The position numbers and the translations under genes were made by a program. DNA of 64,000 bases from the human T2T-CHM13v2.0 reference genome, Homo sapiens, in assembly GCF_009914755.1 (NCBI RefSeq), contig NC_060942.1; one strand, given 5' to 3'. Below the pieces are notes generated by a model. It saw only the letters and a list, made by a program, of their open reading frames with translations. It did not search any database and was not told the origin of the DNA. Positions 14,518-27,140 of this stretch are shown in pieces. Positions within the stretch are counted from its first letter, which is position 1. Each line of letters begins with the position of its first letter.

Positions 14518-15939
14518 TGAGAGGTGACAGCTTGCTGGCAGTCCTCGCAGCCCTCGCTCGCTCTTGGCGCCTCCTCGGCCTCGGCATCCGCTCTGGCCAT
14601 GCTCAGGGAGCCCTTCAGCCCACCACTGCGCTGTGGGGGCCCCTCTCTGGGCTGGTTGAGGCCGGAGCCAGCTCCCTCAGCTTGCCGGGAGGTGTGGAGG
14701 GAGAGGCTCGGGCGGGAACACGGGCTGCGCGCAGCGCTTGCGGGCCAGCTAGAGTTCCGGATGGGCGTGGGCTTGCCGGGCCCTGCACTCTGAGCGGACG
14801 GCCGGCCCGCCGGCCCCAGGCAGTGAGGGGCTTAGCGCGCAGGCCAGCAGCTGCGGAGGGTGCGTCGTGTCCCCCAGCAGTGCCGGCCCACCGGCGCTGC
14901 AATCGATTTCTCGCCGGGCCTTAGCTGCCTTCCGGCGGGCGCAGGGCTCGGGACCTGCAGCCCGCCATACCTGAGTCCCTCCCCCGCCTCGCCGTGGGCT
15001 CCTGCGCGCGGGAGCCTACCCGACGAGCGCCGCCCCCTTCTCCGCGGCGCAGGGTCCCATCAACCGCCCAAGGGCTGAGGAGTGCAGGCGCAGGGCGCGG
15101 GACGGGCAAGCAGCTCCACCTGCTGCCCCGGTGCAGGATCCACTGGGTGAAGCCAGCTGGGCTCCTGAGTCTAGTGGGGACTTGGAGAACCTTTATGTCT
15201 AGCTAACGGTTTGTAAATACACCAATCAGCACTCTGTATCTAGCTAATCTAGTGGGGAAGTGGAGAACCTTTCTGTCTAGCTAAGGAATTATGAATACAC
15301 CAATCGGCACTCTGTATCTAGCGCAAGGTTTGTAAATGCACCAATCAGCACTCTCTGTCTAGCTCAGGGTTTGTACATACACCAATCAGCACTCTGTATC
15401 TAGCTAATCTAGTGGGGAGGTGGAGAACTTTTGTGTCTAGCTCAGGGATTGGAAACGCATCAATCAGCACACTGTCAAAAAGGGCCAATCAGCTCTCTGT
15501 AAAACAGACCAATCGGCTCTCTGTAAAATGGACCAATCAGCAGGATGTGGGTGGGGCCAGATAAGGGAATAAAAGTGGGCTGTCTCAGCTAGCAGCGGCA
15601 ACTCGCTGGGGTGTGCTTCCAGTTGGTGGACGCTTTGTGCTCTGCTTCCAGTTGGTGGAAGCTTTGTGCTTTGAGTGTTTGAAGTACATCTTGCTGCTGT
15701 TCACTCTAGGTCCACACTTCCTTTGTGAGTTGTAACACTCACGGTGAAGGTCTGCAGCTTCACTCCTGAAGCCAGTGAGACCAGGAACCCACCAGAAGGA
15801 AGAAACTGTGAACACATCTGAACCTCAGAAGGAACAAACTCCTGACACGCCACCTTTAAGAACTGTAACACTCACCGCAAGGGTCCCCAGCTTAATTCTT
15901 GAAGTCAGTGAGACCAAGAGCCCACCAATTCCGGACACA
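14518..15939 (+). mobile_element. LTR12-family (ERV9; LTR12C/D/E-type) solo LTR, full length
   Basis: Starts TGAGAGGTGACAGC and ends CCAATTCCGGACACA. CCAT TSD at 14514-14517 and 15940-15943. GC-rich U3 and tandem 'caccaatcagcactctgtatctagct' repeats. Confidence 0.95.
15215..15580 (+). promoter_or_regulatory. LTR12 U3 enhancer/promoter: clustered CCAAT (NF-Y) boxes, GATA site and TATA-like AATAAAA
   Basis: At least seven CCAAT boxes in the repeat units, then 'gggtggggccagataagggaataaaag', the known ERV9 core promoter layout. Activity cannot be seen from sequence. Confidence 0.7.
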
Positions 15940-16184
15940 CCATGATTAGCTATATGGATCTGAAAAGCCTTTTAGCCCTTTTAAATCTGTTTTTTTACCT
16001 GTGTCTGCATGGGGAATAATGACAGACTCTTTCTTGATGATTACGTGTGTTATGTGTGTCTTAATCTACGACTTTTAACAACAAAAGACCTTTCCCCTGT
16101 ACCCACACTGCTTACAATCTGGGGAATTCTGAACATGTGCAAAATGTTAGTATTATATATACCAATGTTGAGCTGTTCAGTAAA

Positions 16185-16830
16185 TAGATACTGGTTGAAT
16201 AGCTACTAGGTGCTAGCGATGTCAATAAATAAGATGGAGACCACTGACCTTGGCGCTAGTACATTATGGCAGGACAAGGGGACAATAATCAACATCCAGA
16301 ATACATGCACAAACGATGCATGACACTAGAATATGATCCATGTGTGAGAAAGTAGGCAAAGGAAAGAAAGATTGTGATTGTGGGTGTTAGGTAGGCAGGA
16401 AATACCATCAGGAAAGCAGTCACTGAGAAGGAGATATTTGAACAAAATACCTGAAGGTGGTGAGGGAATTTATGCAACGAATAGCTGGGAGGCTGGCACT
16501 GTAGGCAGGGAAACACCTGGAACAAAGCCCTACGGCAAGGTTGGTCCTGGCCCAGGAACGATGTGAAATCAGTGAAGATGCAGAACAGTTGGCGGAAAGG
16601 AGAAGCAGGGGTTGAGGACAGAGGTGACTTGGCTGCAGTTGCAAGGAGCCTAGCAAAGCATGGTTACAACTTTGACTGCTCCTGAATTGGAACAGAGAGC
16701 CACCAGAGGATTTTACACAGAGGAGGAGTCTGATCTGTTTTACGTTTTGAGCCTCAGTCTACTGGACTGAGAGCACAAGGTAGAGAGGCAAGAGGAGAAG
16801 CAGGAAGGCCTCTGAAGTATTTTGGTAATC
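16185..16830 (-). mobile_element. L2 fragment
   Basis: Purine-rich antisense L2 motifs 'caggaaagcagtcactgagaaggagatatttgaacaaaatacctgaagg' and 'gagccaccagaggattttacacagagg...tgatctgttttacgtttt'. Confidence 0.75.
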
Positions 16831-17719
16831 CACATTTTTTTTATTTATCCTGCACTTAATTCCTAGTTGACTATGAGAAAGTTAAAATATTCGTATTGTA
16901 GCTCATTCATGATCTCTGAAGAGAAAAAGTGATTGTGTTCTTAAATAATAATGTCTTAAATAGAAGTTAATGAGAAACAATGCTCCTAATTAAAGTAGAA
17001 GGTGATTCAAAATTATTTTGGGAGAGAGAAGAAAATCACAAAACTGAAGTGTTTTAGATAAATGAGAAATTATTATAAACATGTACTCTGTATAAGTAAA
17101 AATATACCAGTGTGTTTTAGACCCTGACTTAAATAAAAGTTTCAGGGACACTTTCAATTTATTTTCTTTAAATGATCTAAAATAAACCGCAATGAGCAAA
17201 CTAAGATGTGTGTATATAGGTTCAATATGGTTTATCCAGTAGTTATTATTAAACATTTTAAAAACAAATTAGAGTTAAACAGCAATCACTAAGTGCCTAC
17301 TAACAAACCATTTCATGAAAATGATACTTAGCCTCAAGGGCAGCTTTCATATTTGTATGACAAAGGCAGACGGAGAAAATGGAGCTGACCTTCACACTCC
17401 TGCGTCCACCATCATTAGATATGTGACCACTGAGCAGGCGTCTGAAACTTGAAGGAGGTGGTACTTTTTATCTCAGGGAAATTCCCAGAAAACGGCTCAC
17501 ACGTGACTTCTCAACACTCATATTTCCAAGAGAAGTAAAAATCTGGTTGGTGAGACACAGCACCCAGCACAGTCCATCCCCTGTGCATTTTGGATCAACT
17601 TCCTTTAGTAAGACATCCCAACTGGGAACATCTTCTCCAAGATTCTATTTGGTTTCCTTTCTTGGAGAAATTTACAACAGAAAGGTTAGAGAGAAAACAT
17701 ACAGCCCACGTACTCCAAA

Positions 17720-19580
17720 TAACAACTTAGGTGAATCGGTGGGCTGGATGGAGGGCTGGTATGGAGCTCCACGCTGGCTTCACTCATGTGTTGGACACTT
17801 TGGCAGAAATGTCTGGAAAGATGGGGTGTGAGGATGCTCTCACACAGGATGCAAATCTGTGGCTTCTCCGGTATGGTGGGTCCAGTATCACAGGAGTGTT
17901 CTAAGAAACCCAGGTGGAAACTTCAACCTCCTTATGATCTAACTTCAGAAGTTCCAGAATGTCAATTCTGCCACATTCTATTGGTCAAGCAACAGGCTAA
18001 GTCCATCTCAGATTCAAGGGGGAGGAAAATGAAAGTTGACCGTTCAATGGGAAGAATAACAAAGTGTGTGTGGCCATATTTAATATACCACAGTCTGGCC
18101 ACAGATGATTTACATTTCCCATACCAGCAAACTACCCTCATCTTCTCCACATCTCTCAAAAGTCTCAGCCCAGAATATAGACTTCAAGTCTGGGACTATG
18201 GTGTGTAAATAAGATCCATGTGGTCCTTCACAAACAACTCCACAAGCATAGTCTAGTTTCTGTCTATTTGGAAACCTGCGAATTGACAAGTTATATTCCC
18301 CACACATGTCCAAAATGCAATGCACAGATGGGTATAGGATCATTGTAACAAATATCCTCTATCAAAAAGGGAAAAATCACAAGGGATATAGCCACCAGTT
18401 ACCTATGGGGGTCAGTAGTTCCTGCATTAGGGCTCAGCCCTGTCATTGGGAATAATTCATTGCTGCATTTGGTTCTTGCTCCTGTCATCCTTCCTTTTCA
18501 ATAAGACAAACAAAACAACAGTATTCTTAATTGATCAGGCTCTTCAGTTGGCTTCCTTCCTATGGAAATTTTGGGGTACAAATGGCTGTTTCTTTTGAAC
18601 TCCATCTGCCCTTTTCAGACCAACCTGTTATTAATGCTGAAACTGTGTGCTTCATTGATACATTTGTTTCTATTTAACTAAAGGTAGTGAATACCTTTAA
18701 AACCTAAACTGCTTTTAGGTAAGAGAATAGGAACAGTGAGAAAATACCTTTAGGATTACTAGAATCCATTTGGTCTATTTTTAAAATTTTATGAGGCATG
18801 CATGGGCTTAAGACTCTTAGAAGCCCTATTAGGTCTTTCTGAGGTATCAACAAAGGTCTTACAAATAGATCCTTGGGATCTGTATCTGAGGCCATTTATG
18901 ACTTTGATAAACTTTTTTTTTTTTCAGAAAGAAAATGAGGATGAGAAACAGTTTTATTTTCAAACCTAGCATGTCTTCACTTCTTTATATTTCCTCTAAA
19001 TTCTCCATAAAACCTGTACAATTCTTTCTCAGGCTGATCTCTGTGCCCTCATATTTTATGACAGACAGCTAAAAGAAACCATTTGACACTGTCTGCCTCT
19101 TTCTTGGAAATATTCCCAGCCAAATCATAAGACACCTTTTCTATTTACCCTACCGCTGATGGTGGTCATTGGCCAAACTTCCCAACAGTATAAAATAGGT
19201 TCCATTTTTCTCCAGCCTTCAATAACATTTGCACAGTCTCCTTTATTTCGTCCCCAACAGTCCCATTAAGTCCATCCAGATTCCACCATGAGCCCTGTTG
19301 AGCATCTTTCAGCTTCTGTTTGCCTCTTGATCCCAATGTCAATGATGTTGTGTTATTTTTATCGTTGCTGTATTCCACTTCTGGGTATCATATTCTGTTC
19401 TAGATATTTATTGATAACAAACCATCACAAAATTAACCAGCTCAAAATAGCTGACTTATTATATCTCATGCATTTATGAGGCAGGTTTTGAGCAGGTCTC
19501 AGCTGGACAAATCTTCTGTTTGATATGGAAATTCACTAGGGTCACATGCCAATATTTTTTTAGCTGGTCCAAAGAGTTGG
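17720..19580 (-). mobile_element. MLT1H-like MaLR proviral remnant: LTR (17720-18092), internal region (18093-19395), partial LTR (19396-19580)
   Basis: LTR motifs 'ttatgatctaacttcagaagttcc...ttctgccacattctattggtcaag...cagattcaagggg', ending 'ataccaca'. The internal region ends 'ttccacttctgggtatca'. The second LTR contains 'ataacaaaccatcacaaaatt'. Confidence 0.7.
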
Positions 19581-19599
19581 CATAAAGGTCATAGTTTCA

Positions 19600-20700
19600 G
19601 TGTACCTGCAACCTCCTGGTGCAGGACATTTTTTGTTGCGGGTGTTTATCTCCAAGCTGATGCCTCCACTGCAGCTCAAAAATGCTATGCTTTTCCTATA
19701 ACATCTTGGTCATCTCCAGGTGGTGTGTTATCTGAAAGCACCTGTGCCACTTTTTTTTTTTTTTGCTGTCATCAAGGTTTCTCAGTCACATGCAATAGTA
19801 ATAGTCCAAAAGCTGTTTTTGTTTGTTTGTTTGCTTGTTTGTTTTAATGCAGTAAACTTAATCCAGAACCCTGTTTACTTTGAAATTCTCCTAATTAGAC
19901 TTGCCATCAACTCCACCTGGAATCTTTTCCAACCAGATGTATCTTTAGTGTACCGTAAGATCTATCTGGTTATATGGTCTACATGGCTGAGCTGATTTTC
20001 TACTGCAACTTGGACTTGTTGCAGACATTTTTCCTTTTTTGTCCTCTCACAAAAGCGGTAACTTTGTCTATAACCTCATAAATGGGTCAAAAAATATTGG
20101 CAAGTGTAGAATATGTTGTCCCATCACTTAAATTGGCTTATCAAGAATTGTTCTTTCTTAATAATCAGATGAAGTTACTTGTCCTTTATTTAGAGAGAAG
20201 GTTTTTACATGCACCAGACTCCTGAACTACTACTAATAAATTCATGAATACAACAGGCCCCATGAAATCCGTAAGGTTTTTCTCCCACTCTCTGGAGCTC
20301 GTTTGTTGTTTCAAAGCCATCAACACATTTGTGTCACTTCTTGATCTTGGGTTCCTATTTGCTTGGTGTCTTTGACAGAGTGGATCATTGTGAGATCTTC
20401 TAGTGGACTCCCCCATACAGATCATCTGTCCATTATCCAACATCATTTTCTGCCACGTTCATTCACCATCCACATAATTCATTTTGATATCATCTCCTGG
20501 CTCTTACTGGTACCTGTTGGCTAGGTCCTGAAGCTTCGTCAGTATATAATTAATTTCTTCCCAACGCTTTATTGGTCTGTTGGCCATGAAGAAAGTTCTC
20601 GGTAGGTCCTGAGTGGGACACAGATGGTCTTTCAAGGCAGAGACAGTTTGATTGTCTTCAAGCAGGGCTGGCATAGAGATGGCAGGTCATGAGCATTTAA
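19600..20700 (-). mobile_element. ERVL-class internal pol (RT/RNase H) remnant
   Basis: ORF 20186-20446 'SREWEKNLTDFMGPVVFMNLLVVVQESGACKNLLSK' resembles ERVL RT '[34 protein letters not shown]'. The adjacent DNA continues the match (minus strand 'tctgcaacaagtccaagttgc...ccatataacc'). Heavily degenerate. Confidence 0.7.
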
Positions 20701-20884
20701 GGAGGGATGAGCTTTTGTATAGGCCCGACAGATTCTGGGAAATCTGTGGTTTCAATGTTTTAGGATGAATCAACTCAGATATTCTTAAAACTTTCTATGT
20801 GTTACTCCTTCCCAACCCAGGATCCTTATCTAGACATAGGAATTTTCTGGAGTTGAGAATTGTACCTTCTCAAATCTTAGTGCT

Positions 20885-21977
20885 AAAGGTAATTCAAACA
20901 TGAGATGTACAAGATATATACATGGAAAACTATAAAACTTTACTGAAACTAAAGTATAACTGAATAAAGGAAAAGATATATCTAATTTAGGATTATATAA
21001 TGAAAGACTCAATATTGATAAAATGTCAATTCTACTCAAATATATCTATAGATAGATGGATAGATATCTGTTTTTGATAGAAATTTACAAAATAATCCTA
21101 ATATTTGTATGGAAATGACCTAAAATAACTAATAACCAAAACAATTGTAAAATTCAAAAAAAATGGATAGTTAAAATGATCTTATTTCAAGACGCAATCA
21201 AACAACACTCATCAAGAGCTTGTGGTATTGAAATAAAGTTAGTTCATAGATAAACAAAACTGAATACAGTTTCCGCATGTATTTATACATATGTGAACAA
21301 TGAGTTTTAGACAAACTGCAGTGCAATATGTTAGAGAAATAATACGACATTAAGTGCATGTTGCATAAAAACTGGACATTTATGAGCATAACATGAATTT
21401 TGATCCATACATCATACCTACATAAATAAACTCAAAGAAGATCATAAACCTAAATTTAAAATTTAGAACAATGATTTAAAAAAAAAAACCTATGGCCTTG
21501 GGTTAGACAAATATGTTGTAAGTATAACACCAAAAGCATGGTTCTTAACAGAAAAGATGTAGCAAATTAGACTTCATCAAAACTAAAAACTTTGGCTCTT
21601 CAAAATAAAATAAAAAATCCTGCCAGAGACTGGCAGAGATATTTGCAATACATATATGTGACAAAGATGAACCCATAATGTGTAAAATTCCATCATAAGC
21701 AAGCAAACAACCCAATTATCAAACAGGAAAGAGATTTGAATAGATATTTTTCCAAATATATAAAGATAACATATGTCTTGACTTCATTAGTAATTACAGG
21801 AAGGAAAATAAAAACCACAATGAGATGACAGTAAATCTGCATTAGAATATCTATAATTAAAAAAACAGACCATACCAAATATTAGTGAGGATATGGAAGA
21901 ACTGAAAGCCATACCCTGCTGGTGAGAATGTAAAATGTCATGAACTACAGAAAACACGTGGACAATTTCTTTTACAA

Positions 21978-22016
<39 letters not shown>

Positions 22017-22580
22017 AACTAAACACGTGACTGTCATGAAAGAGCCACTCCAGGAACATGAGTCTAAGAATAGTGACAGGACATGGCACACAAAGACCTG
22101 TGCAGAAATGTTCAATGCATCTTTATTTGTAATAACCTGTAAACAATAAATAACAAACAAAAAGCGAGCGGATAAACAGATTATGATACACCTAGACAAT
22201 AGAATACTATGGAGCAATAAAAATGATTGAATTAAATTATTGTTATACAAAATGTGAAAGAATCTCAAAATAATATGCTCCATAAAAGATGCAAAACAAA
22301 AATATATAAGTTGTATGATTCCATTTAAAGAAAACTGTTAAGATGGAAATTAATCTGTAGTGGCATATGTTTATTTCTAAAAGTGAATTGAAGAAAGGGA
22401 AAAGCATGGACTATATACAAGAACAGAAGAAAACAAATTTGCGTGATGAATATTTCCATTTGCTTAATTACAATGATGCTTTCACTGGGGTGTGTGTGTG
22501 TGTGTGTGTGTGTATGTTTGTGTGTGTTTGTGTGTGTGTGTAATGTCAATTGTATCTCCATACATTTGTTTAAAACTTAA
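20885..22580 (+). mobile_element. Old L1M (L1MC/MD/ME) ORF2 3' part plus 3'UTR
   Basis: 'gaaaactataaaactttactgaaa', 'gaaagactcaatattgataaaatgtcaattctac', 'ttagacttcatcaaaactaaaaacttt', 'ataaaaaccacaatgagat'. Contains (TAAA)n at 21976-22017 and (TG)n at ~22490-22541. Confidence 0.85.
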
Positions 22581-24264
22581 AATATCAGAAGCCAAAAAAA
22601 CACTATCTGGATGAATCGTCCTATGTTTTTCACCAAAAAGTTTACACTTGTCTCTTCAATACCTAATTCAAATGATGTCTTTTTGAGAGATTCATATTAA
22701 CTGATTTTTCTGATACATTCTACTTAATTTTCATGGAAACAATTATCTCTTCTTGCATTCATAGTTAATAAACTTATAAAATATTCAGCTCAACTTCAAA
22801 ATAGCAACAAAGTCAGCCAACAGAATCAGGTTTTGAATAAACACAACTGAACCTTCGTAAGCATATAACTCAACTGTTATGTTTAATAATATATACACAT
22901 TCTAGAGAGTCATCTACATGCTATAAGAAGTCAGCCTTTCTTAGGCATCAGTAAGCATATTTTACATGCAGATTGATGACAGACCAGCAAGAAATTTGAA
23001 TGGAATGTAATTGGGAAATGTTCTATTATACTATGGTTCATAGTCTAATTAAATATAGACAATATTTTCATTAAAATATTGACTTAGCTTTTATGAGGCA
23101 ACACTTGCTCCTATTGCTCATTAATCATTTTCGCCTTTTTTTAAATTATGAAAACTAATTCATCACAGTCATCCAGTGTTCAAAGAAAATGCTAGGTTGT
23201 CTCTAATATGTATGCATTCCACAGTTATTATTTAGAACCCTTATTCAGTCCATTTTTAAAAACCTGTAATATCACACATGGAATTGGAAATGAGGGCAGT
23301 ACAACACTCTATTTTTAACATATTTCAAATCATAAGGAAGAACCATGTACATTAAAATAAATTTTTGAAAGCCAGATCACTTCCTGAATCACTAAATTCC
23401 TTGAAAATACAGCTATGCTTTGCACAAATTAATGTTAATGATTAATTCCCTTAAATGAGTAGGCTGCATTGAAAAGGAGCAAGAAAATAATTTAAAAATT
23501 ACCCATATGCCTTAAATAAAAATGCATATTTCTGTGCTTTTCTACCATTTCCAGTTTTCCAATAAAAGAGTTGCCAGGGGAACCTCACACTAAACAAAAA
23601 CTGCTGTCAAATGTCATCATTACAGTGAGCTAACATTATCCTTGGGATTCCTCTCTTGGAGGCTCTATTCATTATTTTCTAAATCTGTAAAGCTATCATT
23701 TCCAGGGTTTCTTTTGAGTACTGACATAAAAAGAAACAATCATAATTTGTAAGATTGTCAGGGGAAAATACTCTTCCCCTCCCAAAAAGTGCCGTTCTCA
23801 AAGAAGGGAAAGATTACAGTGTGCATCACCCGTCATTCCCTCATGTGGAAATATGTATTGTTGCTTATCAGTTGCTTTCAAAAGAAAAGAAAACATTTCG
23901 AAACTGAGTTCAAGAAACCTTTTTCATAACTGTGGGACAGCATTACCTATTGATCTATAACAAAGGAAAAGATTCAAGATGGAATTTTTTTTCCTCATTT
24001 TATTACTCGCTTCTGTGGGTTGAATTGTATCTGTGAAAAACGCTGAGTCCACAGGAAAGTACAAATTGCCCCTCTAATAAAAACTCAGAGCTGGAAAGCA
24101 ATCCAACATGGCCCTAAAGAAAAGCTTGGAACAAGGAAAAAGAAGAGTCAAGCAAGAGTATGTCATTTGCTATCTTTGATCTAATAGTCTGTAACTCCCA
24201 AGTTGGATATATATAAATGGAGAAAGTGTGAAAGCTAGTGGAGGAATTTAGAGAAGCCATTGTT

Positions 24265-24500
24265 GGGACACAGACTTTGAAGTCAGACTCAAAGTTCACG
24301 CTGTCAGGTTTATATTTTCTAGATCACTTTATCTGAATGTCTGTAAATGTAACTTTTCTTTGCATAACTTTTTTTTTTAATTTCAAAAATGAGGATAAAA
24401 GGGTTGCTGGACAGTAATCTCCCTAGGGAATAATATAGTGACTCCAAGCTGAAAACTAGGAAATGTTTAATAACTGGTAGATGCTACTAATATTATTAAC
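24265..24500 (+). mobile_element. MIR fragment
   Basis: 'cagactttgaagtcagac...aaaatgaggataa...gtttaataactggtagatgctactaatattatta'. Confidence 0.55.
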
Positions 24501-25879
24501 ATCATTGCCAAAATTTACATTAGACAGAAAAAAGGATTACTCCAAGTAATCCCTTTAAATTTTAATTGAATAATTTAAAAATGCTAAAATATTTTAAGCA
24601 ATAATGTCACCATACTAATTTATGCAATTAGACTATTCTGTAGCAAAGTACTTGAAGTGATAGTCAATGCATGTAAAACTGAATGCTGTCTTGCAAGGAA
24701 ATATCATCTCATTGGAAATGTGGATACAATTATGCAGGATCAGTACATTAAAATGTTCATTGGATCATCTCTCTTTATTACTTATAATAAAAGATTTTAG
24801 TGCAGAAAAACTTCAGATTATAGAAAATTATAATAAAGCTAAAATTATTTTTCTCCATCAAGATACCTCGTAAGTCTTACCATTGCCTGGTCTTCCAGTG
24901 TGGTCACTATTAACTCAAATATTGAGGTGTAATAGCTCAGCAATCTGCATCGGGAGGGGATTCTCAGGTTTTCTATGTTGTACTTGAAAATGAATTTTTT
25001 GTTAAACTTCTGCGGTTTTGATAAGATCATTTTTAAGTGAGAACATTGCAAAAACAGAAATGACAGAACTGGGAATTGTGAGAATCTTTCTTCAGAAAAC
25101 AACCATAAGCTACAGGAAAATCAAATAGAATGCTAGACATACAAAGTGAGAGAGCAACAGGAAACAGTGGTAGGAGGGTAGGTTAGCTCCAGTCTATCAA
25201 CACTGCAGATCTAAGTTCAAATAATACTTAAGATAACACCAAAATTCAGTTCTTTCTTCTAAGAGGTTTGGAAATAGATATAAACATATAAAACTGACTT
25301 ATATTTTTAACATTTCTCTGTGTATTTAAATTCAGGCTATCCATAACTAAAATAAAAGTTTGCCAAAGAGTAATGAGAGAACACTTTATTATATCATGAC
25401 TCCTGTTTGTATACATGTAAATAATTTTTCTTACTATACATAAAAAATGCAAAACCAAGTCACACAAAATGATTGATATATTAGTGTGTATAGTTCCAAT
25501 TGTAATTTAATTGATAAAAATTTTTCTTAGTACTAAAATCATGTATATAGTGGTTTTACTAGTAGTGGTAGTGATCGCACCATTTTCCTTGATCCCTCAT
25601 CTGGTTTGTCAGTAACACACTTTTAACCTGAAGTAGTGGCTCCGCTATTTCTAGCTGGCCAGGGGCCCATCCACTTCTCTGTTCTTATCAAAATTAAGGG
25701 CTAATCTGAACAAAAAATTGCTTAAAATTTTCAACATGGGAATTTTTAATTTCTTCCACTTTCATATTGTTTAAAACGTCAATTTATTTGCGTATCATAA
25801 GACTTTCCCAGATTAAAAGTATTGTATTTTCCTGTTCTATTTTGCAAGACAGATATATGATTATCACTATCCAGGGTAC

Positions 25880-26042
25880 AATATAGGCCACTAATTTTCT
25901 TTTTTATTATTGTTTGTTTCCTTTCACCCATAATAAGATAAAGGCTGGGGTTTTTGTTCATTTTGTTTCCTGCTGTTCCCCAACACCTGAATCGGTGACT
26001 GACACCTAGCAGGTGATAGATAAATGGCTGCTGGATGAATAC
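25880..26042 (+). mobile_element. L2 3' end
   Basis: 'tttgttcattttgtttcctgctgttccccaacacctgaatcggtgactgacacctagcaggtgatagataaatggctgctggatgaat'. Confidence 0.75.
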
Positions 26043-26797
26043 ATTCCTTCAGCAGCACTCAGGCAAATGCGTTTGACACCCAGTTAGCACAAAAAAAATC
26101 CAGTTAGGATGGAAATGCAGATGGTGAGTTTTATTGATGACACTGACCTGTGAGCCACTTAATGAATTGTGACGCTGTAGAGAGGACATGATATCTGGTG
26201 TGGCTTGTCCTGAATACCAGTGTTACTGACTTGTTTGGCTGCAATTGCCCTCAAAATTGCCTTCAGAAGCAGCAGAGTCAATACCTTCCTTATGAGTACA
26301 ACACTGTCCCCTTTTCCTCATGTCTCACATTTTGCTTCTGGTTTAAGAATCAAGAAATTTTTGAGTGTTAGAAATGTACAAGTGTCCGAGAATCTGAGCA
26401 GTGCATGCGTACACAATGCTTCCCTCTCCCCAACAATGATTCTGGTGTCTGTATTTCTATTATTACTAAAGGTGCCCTAATTTAGGTCTGATTCATATTT
26501 TTCCTAGATGATTGCAATAAACATTTTAACTTATATTTTATTATCTATCTGAAGACACTTTTCAAAATATTCCATATATAAATATATTTTTCAAGTTTTA
26601 ATATATTAGTATCGTTATATCAATATATTTTTAATAATTAGTTGTGCTTACAGAATAGCTCTATTTGACCTTGCTATTTTATAATTTTAATATTGTTCTC
26701 TATTTTTTATTCTATACAGAGTGATTAGACAACTGGTCATTTTTTATTATAAAATTCTACTAGAAAATATTATCTCTTTCAAAATATTGAACATAAC

Positions 26798-27140
26798 TGA
26801 TATGGTTTGGCTGTGTCCCCACCCAAATCTCAACTTGAATTGTAGTTCCCATAATCTGCACATGTCGTGGAAGGGACTCAGTGGGAAGTCACTGAATCAG
26901 GGGAGCAGGTCTTTCCTGTGCTGTTCTTATGATAGTGATGGTTTTATGAAGGGGAATTCCCTACACAAACTCTCTTGCCTGCCACCATGTAAGATGTGCC
27001 TTTGCTTCTTCTTTGCCTTCCACCATGATTGTGAGGCCTCCTCAGCCATGCTGACCTGTCAGTCCATTAAACTTCTTTCCTTTGTAAATTACCCAGTCTC
27101 AGGTATGTCTTTATTGGCAGCATGAGAACAGACTAATACA
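26798..27140 (+). mobile_element. THE1 (THE1B/C) solo LTR
   Basis: Starts TGATATGGTTTGGCTGTGTCCCCACCCAAATCTC and ends GAGAACAGACTAATACA. Perfect ATAAC TSD at 26793-26797 and 27141-27145. Confidence 0.93.

Noticed and set aside
14517-15206. Overlapping GC-rich ORFs up to 135 aa
   Set aside because: Stop-poor by-product of the GC-rich LTR12 U3 region.
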